Of a DNA stretch of 64,000 nt, positions 10,329 through 19,619 are shown piece by piece. The stretch covers positions 1,472,001 through 1,536,000 of the forward strand of contig JAXHMG010000003.1 in the NCBI GenBank assembly GCA_034521595.1. Direction: 5' to 3'. The translations under genes and the position numbers were made by a program. Below the pieces are notes generated by a model. It saw only the letters and a list, made by a program, of their open reading frames with translations, was not told the DNA's origin and did no database searches. This DNA is from Gemmatimonadota bacterium. Its GTDB lineage: Bacteria; Gemmatimonadota; Gemmatimonadetes; Longimicrobiales; Gaopeijiaceae. Every line of letters begins with the position of its first letter. Positions within the stretch are counted from its first letter, which is position 1.

Positions 10329-12113
10329 TCAGGCCGGCACCTCGGCATCCAACGGTCCCCCGCCCTCGTCCTCCGTCGTGGACCCGACGGCGTGGAGCAG
10401 GCCTTCGACCGAGAAGGGCTTCTCGATGAACCCCGAAGACCGTTCGCGGGCGAGTCGCTTGAGAACGAGCTCGTCCGAATGTCCAGACATGTACAGCACG
10501 GAAATGTCGGGATGAGCTTCCCGTGCCCGCTCAGCGAGATCGACCCCGTTCATGTCGGGAAGGCCCAGGTCGGTCAGGAGGACATCCACTCGGGCGTTCT
10601 CGCCGCCGATCACGGCCAACGCGTCTTCCGCGGTGGCCGCGGCACGGACCTCGAGCCCGTGACGCTCCAGCACACGGGCGGTCACGCGCCGCACACCGTC
10701 CTCGTCATCCACCACGAGAACGGACCTGCGCTCGGATGGCGAGCGGGCGCTCTCCTTCCGGTCCGATGCCTCTCCCTCCAGCGGCTCCGCCGGCTGCTCC
10801 GTGCCCGGCAGCCTCAAGACGAACGTCGTGCCCACCCCGAGCGTCGAGTCGACGGACAGCTCGCCCGACGCTTGCTTGACGATTCCATGCGCGGTCGAGA
10901 GCCCCAAACCCGTACCGTCCGCTCGCGTCGTGAAGAAGGGCTCGAAGATTCTCGCGCTGGTTTCGGCATCCATTCCCTTCCCGTCGTCGCTCACTTCCAC
11001 CACCAGCTCGGCCAGGCCCTCCGCCCCGGGAGCTCCGGCGTATGCCTTGATGGAGATCCTTCCCCGACCGCCCACCGCCTCCACGGCGTTCGTCACGAGG
11101 TTCAGCAGCACCTGCTCGATGTGGGAGGGGTCCGCCTCGACGGTGGGAAGATCGTCGGCGAGATCGAGGTCGATCCTCACCCCGGCCGGCACCAGCCGAC
11201 GCAACATGGGCTCCGCCAGTCGGATCAACTCGCCCATGTCCATGGGGCGCGAGCGATGAATGCGCCTGCGACTGAAGGCGAGGAGCTGCTGCGTGAGCGT
11301 GACCGCCCGCTTCGCTCCGGCCTTCGCCTCCTCCAGCTCGGGCCGGATGGGATGGTCCGGGCCTACCTCGCCCTCGCAGAGATCGAGGGGAGCGACGATC
11401 GTGGTCAGGAGGTTGTTGAAATCGTGAGCGACCGCGCCCGTCAACTCACCGAGCGCCTCCAGCCGCTGGGAGCGCAGAGCCTCTTCTCTCAGACGCTCCT
11501 CCTCCGTGACATCCAGATGGAGGCTCATCACCGCCGGCGCCCCGTCCCACTCGATCCGGCGTCCGTGCACCTCGACCCGGACCTTGTCCCCGCCCTTCTT
11601 TAGGCCCGTGTAGCGGTAGCGAACATCGTCGACTTCCGCCGCCACACGCCGACGAAGGTGTTCCGCAACCACGCCCCGCTCGTCGGGAGCGATCAGGTCA
11701 CCCACCGGGGTCGGGGGATCGACGATCTCGTCGGGAGCGTAGCCGAACATCTCCGCGAAACGGTGGTTCACGAACCGGAAGGCGCCGTCCTGGACGACAC
11801 TGATCCCCGCGAGGTCCTGGTCGATCAAGCTTCGGTGCTGCCGCGCTCGAGCCCACCGTTCCCTCAACTCGCGGTAGGAGAGCGCGGCGACGACGACGGC
11901 CGAACCCAGCACGAAGGCACCCCCCATGGCCAGCCTCGCGAACGGCGCGTCACTCGGTCCCCGAACCCACGCACCGATGACCGGATCCGAGAGGACGATC
12001 CACGTGGCGGCGAGCGAAACCGCGACCGCGTAGAGCACCCCGATCCTGAGGGCGCTCCAAAACGGCGCACTGCTGCCCTCGTTCTCGGGCAGCCAACCCT
12101 TGGAACCGTTCAT
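10329..12113 (-). CDS. PAS-domain hybrid sensor histidine kinase/response regulator
   Basis: 2 TM, PAS, AHDFNNLL H-box, DDGKGM and GTGLGL, receiver VVDDED...TD. Confidence 0.92.
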   Translation of the reverse strand: MNGSKGWLPENEGSSAPFWSALRIGVLYAVAVSLAATWIVLSDPVIGAWVRGPSDAPFARLAMGGAFVLGSAVVVAALSYRELRERWARARQHRSLIDQDLAGISVVQDGAFRFVNHRFAEMFGYAPDEIVDPPTPVGDLIAPDERGVVAEHLRRRVAAEVDDVRYRYTGLKKGGDKVRVEVHGRRIEWDGAPAVMSLHLDVTEEERLREEALRSQRLEALGELTGAVAHDFNNLLTTIVAPLDLCEGEVGPDHPIRPELEEAKAGAKRAVTLTQQLLAFSRRRIHRSRPMDMGELIRLAEPMLRRLVPAGVRIDLDLADDLPTVEADPSHIEQVLLNLVTNAVEAVGGRGRISIKAYAGAPGAEGLAELVVEVSDDGKGMDAETSARIFEPFFTTRADGTGLGLSTAHGIVKQASGELSVDSTLGVGTTFVLRLPGTEQPAEPLEGEASDRKESARSPSERRSVLVVDDEDGVRRVTARVLERHGLEVRAAATAEDALAVIGGENARVDVLLTDLGLPDMNGVDLAERAREAHPDISVLYMSGHSDELVLKRLARERSSGFIEKPFSVEGLLHAVGSTTEDEGGGPLDAEVPA

Positions 12114-12321
12114 AGATCATCCTTCCGAGACGTTCCACCACCGGCCGGCTCCGGGCCAGCGTGCGGGATGCTTGACACCAAGCAATACGACATCGCGATG
12201 GTGCGCGCAAACTGCGCGCCTCCTTGCTCCCCGGGATGATCCCGAGAGCGACTGGGTCCGCGGTGTTGCGGGAACCCGAGGACGCGCCCCATCGTAGCCT
12301 CGAGCGGAATCATCGCCCGAC

Positions 12322-12765
12322 ATGTTCACCGACCGAGGGATAACCGGAGTGTTCGCCCATCCTGGGGTCCGTGCCCTTCTCGTAGTACTCCTCGGATTGG
12401 TCGCGGCGGGATGTTCGCGCTGGCGCTTCGCGTCGAGCCCCGCGCCGACCGTGGTGGCCACCGAACGACCGGAGCGCGTACGGGTCACCCGTGGCGACGG
12501 GAGTCGGCTCGAGATCAGCGACCCGTCCGTTCGCAACGATTCGATCGTGGGCACTGCGCGCCGGCCGGCCTGCACCCTCGACGAGGCCATGGATCCGGCG
12601 CGGGACTGTCCGATGCGGAGCGTCCCCGTCGGGATCGCGTCGAGCGACATGGTGGAGCTCGAGCTCCGAGAGCGGAGCGTGATGCGGTCGATGGTGCTGG
12701 CAGGCGGGCTCGCACTCGGGATCTACCGGCTCGTCCGCATGGCCGCGCCCGCCTTCGGGAGCTGA
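12322..12765 (+). CDS. Hypothetical lipoprotein
   Basis: Lipobox-like VAAGC; C-terminal hydrophobic helix. Confidence 0.55.
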   Translation: MFTDRGITGVFAHPGVRALLVVLLGLVAAGCSRWRFASSPAPTVVATERPERVRVTRGDGSRLEISDPSVRNDSIVGTARRPACTLDEAMDPARDCPMRSVPVGIASSDMVELELRERSVMRSMVLAGGLALGIYRLVRMAAPAFGS

Positions 12766-13183
12766 GCGACACCTCGCTTCCGTCACGAGCGGAGCATCCG
12801 CCCTCTCCGGGCTCCGGAGTCGTCCCCGGCAGGGGACAGCTACTCACCCGTGGGCCACGGCAACCCCGTCGTGAAGCGGATTTTAGCCGTGGCATGCCCC
12901 GTGCTCTTTCGTTCGTTGGAGACGCCGAGGCGGGCCCGGCCGCCCGGGACGGGGACGGGGGCGCGGACGCGGCGGCGGGCGCTGACCGAATGGCACCTCA
13001 GCGGGGCCCTGCCCTCACCGCACGTCGCGCACTGCGACGAGGGCACTTCCCGATCCTCCTTGCTCCACCTACCGCCGGAGCCTACCGTGTCCGCTCGGTC
13101 CCCGCTCCGTGACCATCGAGATTCCCACGTGGGCGAGAGCGGGTGCGACCCGACGAATTCGGCTCCAGAACGGAGGATCCCCG

Positions 13184-13912
13184 ATGCACGCGAAACAGTT
13201 GCTCTCGATGTCCATGCTGGGCCTCGGCACCCTCGCACTCCACGGCTGCGACGCGCCGGAGCCCGCGATGGATGAGCCGGCCGCGGAGGCGGCGACTCAG
13301 GAGCCCCAGCTCGATGTCAGCTCCGACGAGCCGATGACGTTCTTCGTAACCAGCGTCGGGATGGGGAACGGTGGAGATCTCGGAGGACTGGACGGCGCCG
13401 ACGGACACTGCCAGACCCTCGCCGAAGCAGCCGGGGCGGGAGACCGGGAGTGGCGAGCCTACCTCAGCACCCAGGAGAGCGGCGGCCAGCCCGCCGTGCA
13501 CGCCCGAGACCGGATCGGGGAGGGCCCCTGGCACAACGCGAACGGCCTCATCATCGCATCCGACCTCGAGAGCCTCCACCACGACAACTCGAACATCCGT
13601 TACGAGTACGCGTTGGACGAGCAGGGCGAGACCGTGAACTCGGGTGGGATGGGTGACTCGCCGAACATGCACGACGTCCTCACCGGCACGCAGATGGACG
13701 GTACCGCGTACCCCTCGGGCGACGACCGCACCTGCGACAACTGGACGAGCAGCAGCGAGGACGGCACGGCCATGGTGGGCCACCACGACCGCATCACCCG
13801 CACCACGCCCGGCGGATCGTGGAACGCCGCGCACCCCTCGGCCGGGTGCAGCCAGCAGGACCTCGTCGATACCGGTGGGGCCGGACTCTTCTACTGCTTC
13901 GCGGCGAACTGA
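13184..13912 (+). CDS. Lipoprotein with endostatin/C-type-lectin-like domain
   Basis: LHGC lipobox; [40 protein letters not shown]. Confidence 0.75.
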   Translation: MHAKQLLSMSMLGLGTLALHGCDAPEPAMDEPAAEAATQEPQLDVSSDEPMTFFVTSVGMGNGGDLGGLDGADGHCQTLAEAAGAGDREWRAYLSTQESGGQPAVHARDRIGEGPWHNANGLIIASDLESLHHDNSNIRYEYALDEQGETVNSGGMGDSPNMHDVLTGTQMDGTAYPSGDDRTCDNWTSSSEDGTAMVGHHDRITRTTPGGSWNAAHPSAGCSQQDLVDTGGAGLFYCFAAN

Positions 13913-13940
13913 AGCCGGACAGGGCCTGCGCCGCGGGGCT

Positions 13941-14816
13941 TCATTCGCGGTGTCGCTCCAGCATGGCCCGGAAGGCGGGGTGATCTCGCACCGGCTCCCA
14001 CGTCCAGCGTGTCTCCAGCGTGTGCACGGTGATGAGCGAGGGAACCGACAGAAGCGCCTCCAGGTGTTCGACCGCGCCCTCCACGTCACCGAGCTCGGCG
14101 TAGGCCTGGGCCCACCGCCGGCGCACCCGCGGCAACCAGGCATCGCTCACCGGCATCGACATCGCGTCTTCCAGCACGCGTCGGGCGTCCGCCGTCCGTC
14201 CGGCACGCGCCAGGTTGCGCGCGAGTTGGGCCCTACCTTCCGCGGCGGCATCCGGGTTCCCCGGCGGTGTCGCCCGCTCCTGCCCCATGGCCAGGGAATC
14301 GAAGTAGATCCGGGCCTCCTCCGTGCGCCCGGCGACCCGATGGACCCAAGCCTTGATCCCGTAGCACGAGCACCGGTACCGCGGATCGGGGTGCTCCCGC
14401 GAGAGGCTGAGCACCATTTCATCGAACTCACCCCCGACCAAGAGGCTCGGGTAGCTTCCCAGGTGGCCGACCAGCATCTGGGGCGGAAGGCTCACGACCG
14501 CCCGCATCTCCCGGAAGCGCCGCTGGATTCCGTCCACCCCACCACCCGAAGCGAGCTCGTACAGGAGCGTGTTGCTGATGACCGCGTTCAGCAGATCGAG
14601 GCTCTCATCCCACGCCTCATCGTAGCGTTCACCCGCGTCATCCCAGTCCCGCAGGAGACGAGCCGCGTTCGCCGCTTCGAGCAGGTTGGGGGGCGTCGGC
14701 TCCGTATCCGCCTCCCGGATCAGCGCACGGAGCTCGGACTCGGTCTGCTGCGCTTGGATCGGTGGAGCCGCGAGCAGCAGCGCCGCGGCCACCAGAATGA
14801 CGTGCCACATGGACAT
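13941..14816 (-). CDS. Secreted TPR-like protein
   Basis: Signal peptide; helical repeats; C-terminal WEPVRDHPAFRAML motif. Confidence 0.6.
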   Translation of the reverse strand: MSMWHVILVAAALLLAAPPIQAQQTESELRALIREADTEPTPPNLLEAANAARLLRDWDDAGERYDEAWDESLDLLNAVISNTLLYELASGGGVDGIQRRFREMRAVVSLPPQMLVGHLGSYPSLLVGGEFDEMVLSLSREHPDPRYRCSCYGIKAWVHRVAGRTEEARIYFDSLAMGQERATPPGNPDAAAEGRAQLARNLARAGRTADARRVLEDAMSMPVSDAWLPRVRRRWAQAYAELGDVEGAVEHLEALLSVPSLITVHTLETRWTWEPVRDHPAFRAMLERHRE

Positions 14817-15045
14817 CTCCCGGAAATCCCCCGCAGGCAGACCGGTAGTGCTCTGAACTTGTATGTAGTATGGGAGCCATCGCAACTACGGTCCGGCTCG
14901 AAGCCCCGGATCCGCTCGTGCCGGCGAAGCGCGGGCCCTCTCCCGTGAAGCGGGCCCGCACGCTGCACGGAGCCAACGACCGGGGTGGACCGCACGCCGA
15001 ACCCCACTATATTACCATACAGTTGACACTAGACGGGGAGGTGCG

Positions 15046-15390
15046 ATGCAAGCTCACACTCGGCTCACGCCGGAGCTCGTCGATCTGATCGCGGAACGGT
15101 TCAAGGCGCTCGCAGAGCCCGCACGGCTCCATATCCTCAACGCGCTCCGCGCAGGGGAGAAAACGGTGAGCGAGCTCATGGAGGAAACCGGACTCGGCCA
15201 GGCCAACGTCTCGAAACACCTACAGCTGCTCCACGGGCTCGGGTTCACCGAGCGTCGGAAAGAGGGGCTGTACGTGTATTACCGGCTCACGGATCCCACC
15301 GTCTTCGAGCTGTGCGACATCGTGTGCGGGCGACTCGACCGCGAAGCCCGGACACGAAGCGATCTGGTTTCCGGAAGGGGGTCCTCTTGA
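15046..15390 (+). CDS. ArsR/SmtB family transcriptional regulator
   Basis: FKALAEPARLHIL, QANVSKHL, YYRL, C-terminal CDIVC. Confidence 0.9.
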   Translation: MQAHTRLTPELVDLIAERFKALAEPARLHILNALRAGEKTVSELMEETGLGQANVSKHLQLLHGLGFTERRKEGLYVYYRLTDPTVFELCDIVCGRLDREARTRSDLVSGRGSS

Positions 15391-15437
15391 CGGCGACCCT
15401 ACATGACTGCATACTCATATAGTTGCGTATGCAGTCA
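15387..15437 (+). promoter_or_regulatory. Sigma70-like promoter overlapped by an 11-bp inverted repeat (probable ArsR operator)
   Basis: TTGACG-17-CATACT; TGACTGCATAC (15404-15414) / GTATGCAGTCA (15427-15437) perfect inverted repeat. Confidence 0.65.
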
Positions 15438-15467
15438 CGCATATGATCGAGGCCAATTGGAGGAACG

Positions 15468-15818
15468 ATGAATACCGAAGACAATGAAGTGTTGACCCTG
15501 ACCGAAGAGCGCTTCACGCAGGACGTCGAGGGCGGATCGGGCCTGACGCTCGTGGATTTCTGGGCGCCCTGGTGCGGCCCGTGCCGAATGGTCGCGCCCA
15601 TGATCGAGCAGCTCGCCGAGGAGTACGCGGGCCGCGTGACGTTCGCGAAGCTGAACGTCGACGAGGCCCCGAGCACGGCGGGGAAGTACGGCATCCGATC
15701 GATTCCGACCATCGGGCTCTTCAAGGACGGCGAGGCGGTGGACGGCGTGGTCGGCGTGGTGCCGCAGGAACAGCTTTCCGCGCTGATCGACAAGCACCTC
15801 GACGGTGACGTCGAATAA
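15468..15818 (+). CDS. trxA: Thioredoxin
   Basis: DFWAPWCGPC, IRSIPT. Confidence 0.95.
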   Translation: MNTEDNEVLTLTEERFTQDVEGGSGLTLVDFWAPWCGPCRMVAPMIEQLAEEYAGRVTFAKLNVDEAPSTAGKYGIRSIPTIGLFKDGEAVDGVVGVVPQEQLSALIDKHLDGDVE

Positions 15819-17535
15819 GACCGATCGCAGCAAGCTCCCGGCGCCCGACTGGCTGAGGAGTTACCGGCGGGCCGACCTCCCGGGAGACCTATCGGCTGGC
15901 GTCACGGTCGCCGTGATGCTCATCCCGCAGGGCATGGCGTACGCCATGCTCGCGGGGCTCCCGCCGGTCGTCGGCCTGTACGCCTCCACCATCCCGCTCT
16001 TCGTCTACGCGCTCCTGGGCTCATCGCGACAGCTCGCGGTGGGCCCGGTGGCGATCGTCTCACTTCTGACGTTGAGCGGGATCTCGGCCGTCGCCGAGCC
16101 CGGCTCGGGAGAGTTCATCGCCCTGGCCGCCCTGCTGGCCCTCCTCGCCGGGACCGTCCAGCTCGGGCTCGGGCTCCTCCGCGCGGGCTTCATCGTCAAC
16201 TTCCTGTCCCACGCGGTCATCAGCGGCTTCACTTCGGCCGCAGCCATCGTCATCGGCCTCAGCCAGCTGAAGGAGCTTCTCGGGATCGAGCTCGCGTCCC
16301 GACACTCCGTATTCGCATTGATCCAGGAGGCGGCGCTGCGGATCGGCGAGACCAACCCTTATACGCTCGCCATCGGGCTCGCGAGCATCGCCGCCTTGAT
16401 CGTGGCGAAGAAGCGCGCACCCCGCCTGCCCGCGGCGCTCGTCGTCGTGTTGGTGGCAACCGTGGCGACGTGGGCCTTGGGGCTCGCGGACAAAGGCGTG
16501 GCGGTCGTGGGTGCGGTGCCCGGCGGATTTCCGGCGCCCTCCCTCCCGATGCTCGACCCGGCGGCCCTCACCGGACTGCTCGGCAGCGCGCTCACCATCT
16601 CGTTCGTCGGGTTCGTGGAATCGTTCGCAGTGGCCAAGTCCATCGCGACGCGCGAGAAGTACAAGATCGACGCGAATCGGGAGCTGAAGGCACTCGGTCT
16701 CGCCAACGTCGCCACCGCGTTGTTTTCCGGATTCCCCGTGACCGGCGGTTTCTCCCGCTCCGCCGTCAACTATCAGTCCGGGGCACGGACGCCGCTCGCC
16801 AGCATCGTCACCGGGGTGCTGATCCTCGTCACGGTGCTCGCCTTCACTTCGCTCTTCCACTACCTACCCACCGCCGTGCTCGCCGCGGTCGTCGTCGTCG
16901 CCGTCTACGGCCTCGTCGACGTCCGGCACGCCGTGCATCTGTTCCAACTCAAGAAGGTGGACGGCTGGACGCTGGTGATCACCTTCGTCGCCACGCTCGT
17001 GCTCGGCATCGAAACCGGCATCCTCGTGGGCGTCGGCTTCTCCCTCCTCGTATTCATCTGGCGCAGCGCCTACCCGCACTGGGCCCGCTTGGGCTACCTG
17101 GTCCGGGCACGCGTCTTCCGTAACGTGGAGCGCTTCCCCGAAGTGCGAACCTACCCCGGCGTCCTGATCCTACGGGTGGATGCGTCGCTCTACTTCGCGA
17201 ACATGACCTTTCTGGAAGACACACTCCGGAGCGAGTTGCTCGAGCGTCCCGACTGCCGCGAGATCATCCTCGATTTTTCCGGGGTGAACGACATGGACGC
17301 CGTCGCCGTCGAAACGCTCGAAATCCTGATGCAGGAGATGCGGTCGCAAGGGGTCACGGTCCGCATCGCCGCCATGAAGGGACCGGTGCGAGACGTCACC
17401 ACCCGGGCGGGTTGGCCCGACAAGTTCGGGGAGCGCATCGGCTACTTCTCGATCGAACGGGCGCTCGAAGCCGTCGGCATCCGGGACCTCGATGATTCGT
17501 CCATGGACGCCTCCTCCGTGGAGCACGCGCCGTGA
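15805..17535 (+). CDS. SulP/SLC26 anion transporter with STAS domain
   Basis: PQGMAYAMLAGLPP..GLY, GSSRQLAVGP, GGFSRS; STAS LYFAN. Confidence 0.93.
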   Translation: MTSNKTDRSKLPAPDWLRSYRRADLPGDLSAGVTVAVMLIPQGMAYAMLAGLPPVVGLYASTIPLFVYALLGSSRQLAVGPVAIVSLLTLSGISAVAEPGSGEFIALAALLALLAGTVQLGLGLLRAGFIVNFLSHAVISGFTSAAAIVIGLSQLKELLGIELASRHSVFALIQEAALRIGETNPYTLAIGLASIAALIVAKKRAPRLPAALVVVLVATVATWALGLADKGVAVVGAVPGGFPAPSLPMLDPAALTGLLGSALTISFVGFVESFAVAKSIATREKYKIDANRELKALGLANVATALFSGFPVTGGFSRSAVNYQSGARTPLASIVTGVLILVTVLAFTSLFHYLPTAVLAAVVVVAVYGLVDVRHAVHLFQLKKVDGWTLVITFVATLVLGIETGILVGVGFSLLVFIWRSAYPHWARLGYLVRARVFRNVERFPEVRTYPGVLILRVDASLYFANMTFLEDTLRSELLERPDCREIILDFSGVNDMDAVAVETLEILMQEMRSQGVTVRIAAMKGPVRDVTTRAGWPDKFGERIGYFSIERALEAVGIRDLDDSSMDASSVEHAP

Positions 17536-17552
17536 ACCCGCGGCAGCCGCAG

Positions 17553-17635
17553 TGCCGGGGGCGGGAATCGAACCCGCATGGGATTACTCCCGGGGGATTT
17601 TAAGTCCCCTGCGTATACCATTTCGCCACCCCGGC
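17553..17635 (-). tRNA. tRNA-Leu (anticodon TAA)
   Basis: GCCGGGG acceptor stem, D-loop TGGTA, anticodon arm GGGGA-CTTAAAA-TCCCC, long variable arm, GGTTCGATTCC T-loop; CCA not encoded. Confidence 0.95.
17598..17635. repeat. att core direct repeat, copy 1 (5' half of tRNA-Leu)
   Basis: ttttaagtcccctgcgtataccatttcgccaccccggc, identical to 48325-48362. Confidence 0.95.
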
Positions 17636-17688
17636 TTCATGTTGCCCCACAACCACTTACGCCGTCTTCGGTAAGCTGCGATTCCACG

Positions 17689-17714
17689 GCGGGGTGAGTT
17701 TGCGGGGTGAGTTT
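17689..17714. repeat. Tandem 13-bp repeat, candidate integrase arm-type sites
   Basis: GCGGGGTGAGTTT x2; related pair GGGGTGAGAAC/GGAGTGAGTTT at 48187-48208. Confidence 0.7.
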
Positions 17715-17732
17715 AGCTACGTACCTGCTCAT

Positions 17733-18961
17733 TCAGCGGACCTCCCGAAGCTCCGCTCCGTGCGTAACCACACGGAGCATAGTCTCGTCATCCGGACGCT
17801 GGTAGGCCAGCTTTAGCGCTTCCAGGCTGGACCATCCGCCCGCCTGAGCCACGTCCACGTCGGGCAGGTTCTTCCTCGAACTGGCCCAGAGCCTTCGATA
17901 CGCATGCCAGAGGGAGCCCTCCTGGAGTTCGAGTCCGGCCTTGTCCTCGGCGCTCCGGAGCCAGGTCGCCGCATCGTAGTAGGTGATGGGCTCCTCGGGA
18001 TTCTGTGGGTTCGGGAAGAGCGGCCCAGTCCCTACCCTGCCCTGTCTCGCCCGCTTCGCGCTGGCCGCTTCCAGGGCATGCCGTACCGTCGGGGAGATCG
18101 GACACCGCCATCGCTTCCCCATTTTGTCGCTGTCCTCCGGCCAGACGATGGCGCCCCAGGGCGCGGCCTCGGTGGCCTCGAGGTCCAGGTCCTCCAGCCT
18201 GAGTTGGCACACCGCGGAAACCCGGCGCCCGGTACCGATCACCGACTTCGAAGAGCTCGGGCAGGTAGCTCTCGATGAGCTTCCCACCGACCTGCATCTT
18301 CACGTCCCGGTAGACGCCCCTGATCGCATCCACCCGGTCATGTGTGGCCACTGGCCGAGCCGGATTCCGCTCCTTCGGAATTTCGAGGCCGCGCGTCGGA
18401 TCCCGGTCGAGGAGCATCTGATCCTGCTCGTCCCGGAACTCCGTGGCCCACCGGCACACGGCGCGAAGCCACGCGCAGTCCTTCTCCACGACCCGGTCCC
18501 GAACGGGCCGCCTCTTCGTCGCTGGGACGCTCCGGCCCCTGGCGTTTATGGCTCCGGAACGGCGCTCCCGCACGAAGGCGTCCCACTGGCGGCGCGAGCA
18601 GCGTGGTCAGATCGAAGCCCGCTCCGAGCACTTCGGTCCAGCAGGGCGGCGTGTCGCGCGTCCGCTCGGCGGCTCGCCTCTCTCTTATCGGGCGTCGCGA
18701 TGCTCCAGGTACAGTTGGACGTATGCAGGCCACCGTGGGCTTCGCCGACGATACCTTCTTGCTGCCCTTCCGCAGCTCCGCGGAGAGCTCATCGGCATAA
18801 TCCATCGCCCGCTCCCGGTCGCCGTGCTTGAGGGAGCGTTTGACCTCGCGGCCATCCTCCCAGACCGAGACGTAGATGCTCGCCCGGCCCGGCCGCTCGT
18901 AGACCCGGACCTTGTGTCCGTGCCGCCCGGCGGTGTAGCTCCACGTTCGTTTCTTCCCCAT
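17733..18961 (-). CDS. Tyrosine recombinase/integrase (frameshifted in this sequence)
   Basis: Pieces in three frames: MGKKRTWSY..., VVEKDCAWLRAV..., GTGRRVSAV...WHAYRRLWAS...AGGW...AY (R, HxxR, W, Y catalytic set). Confidence 0.85.
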
Positions 18962-18971
18962 CGCTGGCCTC

Positions 18972-19199
18972 CTACGGATCGAGTTCGGCCGCCTCCAGGG
19001 CGTCGGCAAGCTCCGCGTGCCGCCTGGACCACCGGCGAAGCGCCGCCACAAGGGCATCCCTGGTGGCGGGCGTCATCCGGCGCTCCCCGTCGCGGATGGC
19101 GACGAGGAGGCCGTGAGAGACCCCCGCCGCTCGGGCAAGGGCGCGCATGGACGCCGGACTGCCTTCCAGTACGCTCTGAAGTGCGTCCCTTATCTCCAT
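18972..19199 (-). CDS. Small XRE-like HTH protein
   Basis: SMRALARAAGVSHGLLVAIRDGERR HTH pattern. Confidence 0.6.
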   Translation of the reverse strand: MEIRDALQSVLEGSPASMRALARAAGVSHGLLVAIRDGERRMTPATRDALVAALRRWSRRHAELADALEAAELDP

Positions 19200-19240
19200 G
19201 TTGTGACCATATTGGTTACCTTCATGGGCTCTCGCAAGAG

Positions 19241-19616
19241 CTATGACTCCCTCGACCGATGAAGACGCAGTGTCCGGTCCAGGATCTCCGACTTCGCGGC
19301 CTGTTCCTCCTCCCCCGCCCGACACCCAGGCTTCCGGGGCACGTCCACGACGCGGATCCGGGGCGCGTGCTTCGTACCGACGTTGTCGATGTCGCCGCGC
19401 GCCACGAGATGCTGGAGGTGAGAGTACGAATACCCGCCGAGCTGGGCCGCCTCCTCCAGCGTGACCTCACGCAGCTTCCTCGGCCACGGCCGCCGCCTCA
19501 ACCTGGTCGGCATGCCGCTCGCAGGCGATAGCCAGACGCTCGTCACCGTAGGCACGGAAGGTCTTGGCTTCCATGCGCCAGGTCTGCACCAGAGCCGCGA
19601 GCGACGCCGATCTCAT
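19241..19616 (-). CDS. Excisionase-like HTH protein (frameshifted)
   Basis: VTLEEAAQLGGYSYSHLQHLVARGDI resembles HTH_17/Xis; upstream of int. Confidence 0.55.
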
Positions 19617-19619
19617 TAC

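Noticed and set aside
17733-18961. Island integrase as an integron integrase (IntI)
   Set aside because: No recognisable IntI-specific insertion or HTLRHSFATH/LGH motifs (it has HAYRR and GGW); it sits at the tRNA att site with arm-like repeats, 14 kb from the array.
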